DNA from: Octopus sinensis
Lineage: Eukaryota
Reading direction: 5' to 3'
NCBI RefSeq assembly: GCF_006345805.1
Contig: NC_043009.1
Location: forward strand, 18,786,001 to 18,850,000
Length of the DNA: 64,000 nucleotides
A program made the translations under genes and the position numbers. Each line of letters starts with the position of its first letter. The first letter of the stretch is position 1. The notes beneath the pieces were generated by a model. It was not told the DNA's origin, made no database searches, and saw only the letters and a list, made by a program, of their open reading frames with translations. Below, in pieces: positions 63,400-64,000 of the stretch.

Positions 63400-64000
63400 A
63401 TCACAATATATTTCAACAACGCGGAAATTGTATTCATCAAAGTAAGTACCATTACAATCAATGAGTTACAAGTTTGTTTATTCCGGTGATATATCAATCT
63501 GGAATTCTGGAGCTGATGAACTCCTTGAACGCACTTTCAACAATGGTTTGATTTTTGAACTTCTCTCGCAGGGAACCATCAAAGTAATTGAAAAAGTAGT
63601 CGTCTAGGGAATAAGCTGGATGGGGGAAGAACTTCATAGCCAAGTTCCCTCAACCTCTGGAGCATCATTAGTGAAACGTGTAGTCAAGCATTGCCATGAA
63701 GAACGATTGGCTCTCTTCTGCTGACCAGTCTGGAACGCAGGTGTAGCAGTTTTTCGTTCATTTTGGTAATTTCATGGCAATATGTTTCTGCAGTAATGTT
63801 TTTTCTGGGTTTTAAGAAGTTATAGTGGATGAGTCCAGCAGTACACCACCCAACAGTCACCATAACCTTTGAAGAGCTTGGATTTAGGGAAGGTTTCCGG
63901 TGCTTCATTTTTGTCTAAAATTATTAGTGTACAGAATCCACTTTCATCGCAAGTTACAATACGGTCGAAAGAAGGAGCGGTCCGGTTACAGAGAAGCGAC
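63400..64000 (-). mobile_element. Degenerate mariner transposase, running off the window
   Basis: RIVTCDE(K)WILY, KVMVTVGW, IVLHGNA, VLPHPAYS. Confidence 0.88.

Overview
Eukaryotic, repeat-dense genomic DNA. The tRNA-head SINEs, RTE/CR1/R4/Penelope families and very long TA/CA/ATAC microsatellites suggest a cephalopod, probably Octopus; this is inferred from recalled repeat families, not from a search. There is a 100-N assembly gap at 54365-54464. Most ORF-track entries are microsatellite or antisense noise. Content, left to right: (1) a young 2.73-kb non-autonomous LTR element with 593-bp LTRs, tRNA-Trp PBS, PPT and 4-bp TSD; (2) scrambled RTE, mariner and Penelope copies with local inversions or inverted duplications at 6.7-13.5 kb; (3) a TA-microsatellite zone at about 16-37 kb packed with Penelope-like, CR1-group and RTE retroelements, including three well-formed type I hammerhead ribozymes, a near-perfect 243-bp palindrome and a 7-unit satellite built from an RTE 3' end; (4) a CpG-poor zone at about 40-54 kb containing three small minus-strand exons, not called as exons in the ORF track, that splice in frame into a repeated 6-Cys module protein; (5) three symmetrical phase 1-1 minus-strand exons at 59.4-63.1 kb, each encoding one PAN/Apple-like domain. 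All structures and translations were read by hand; none was confirmed by computation or database search.
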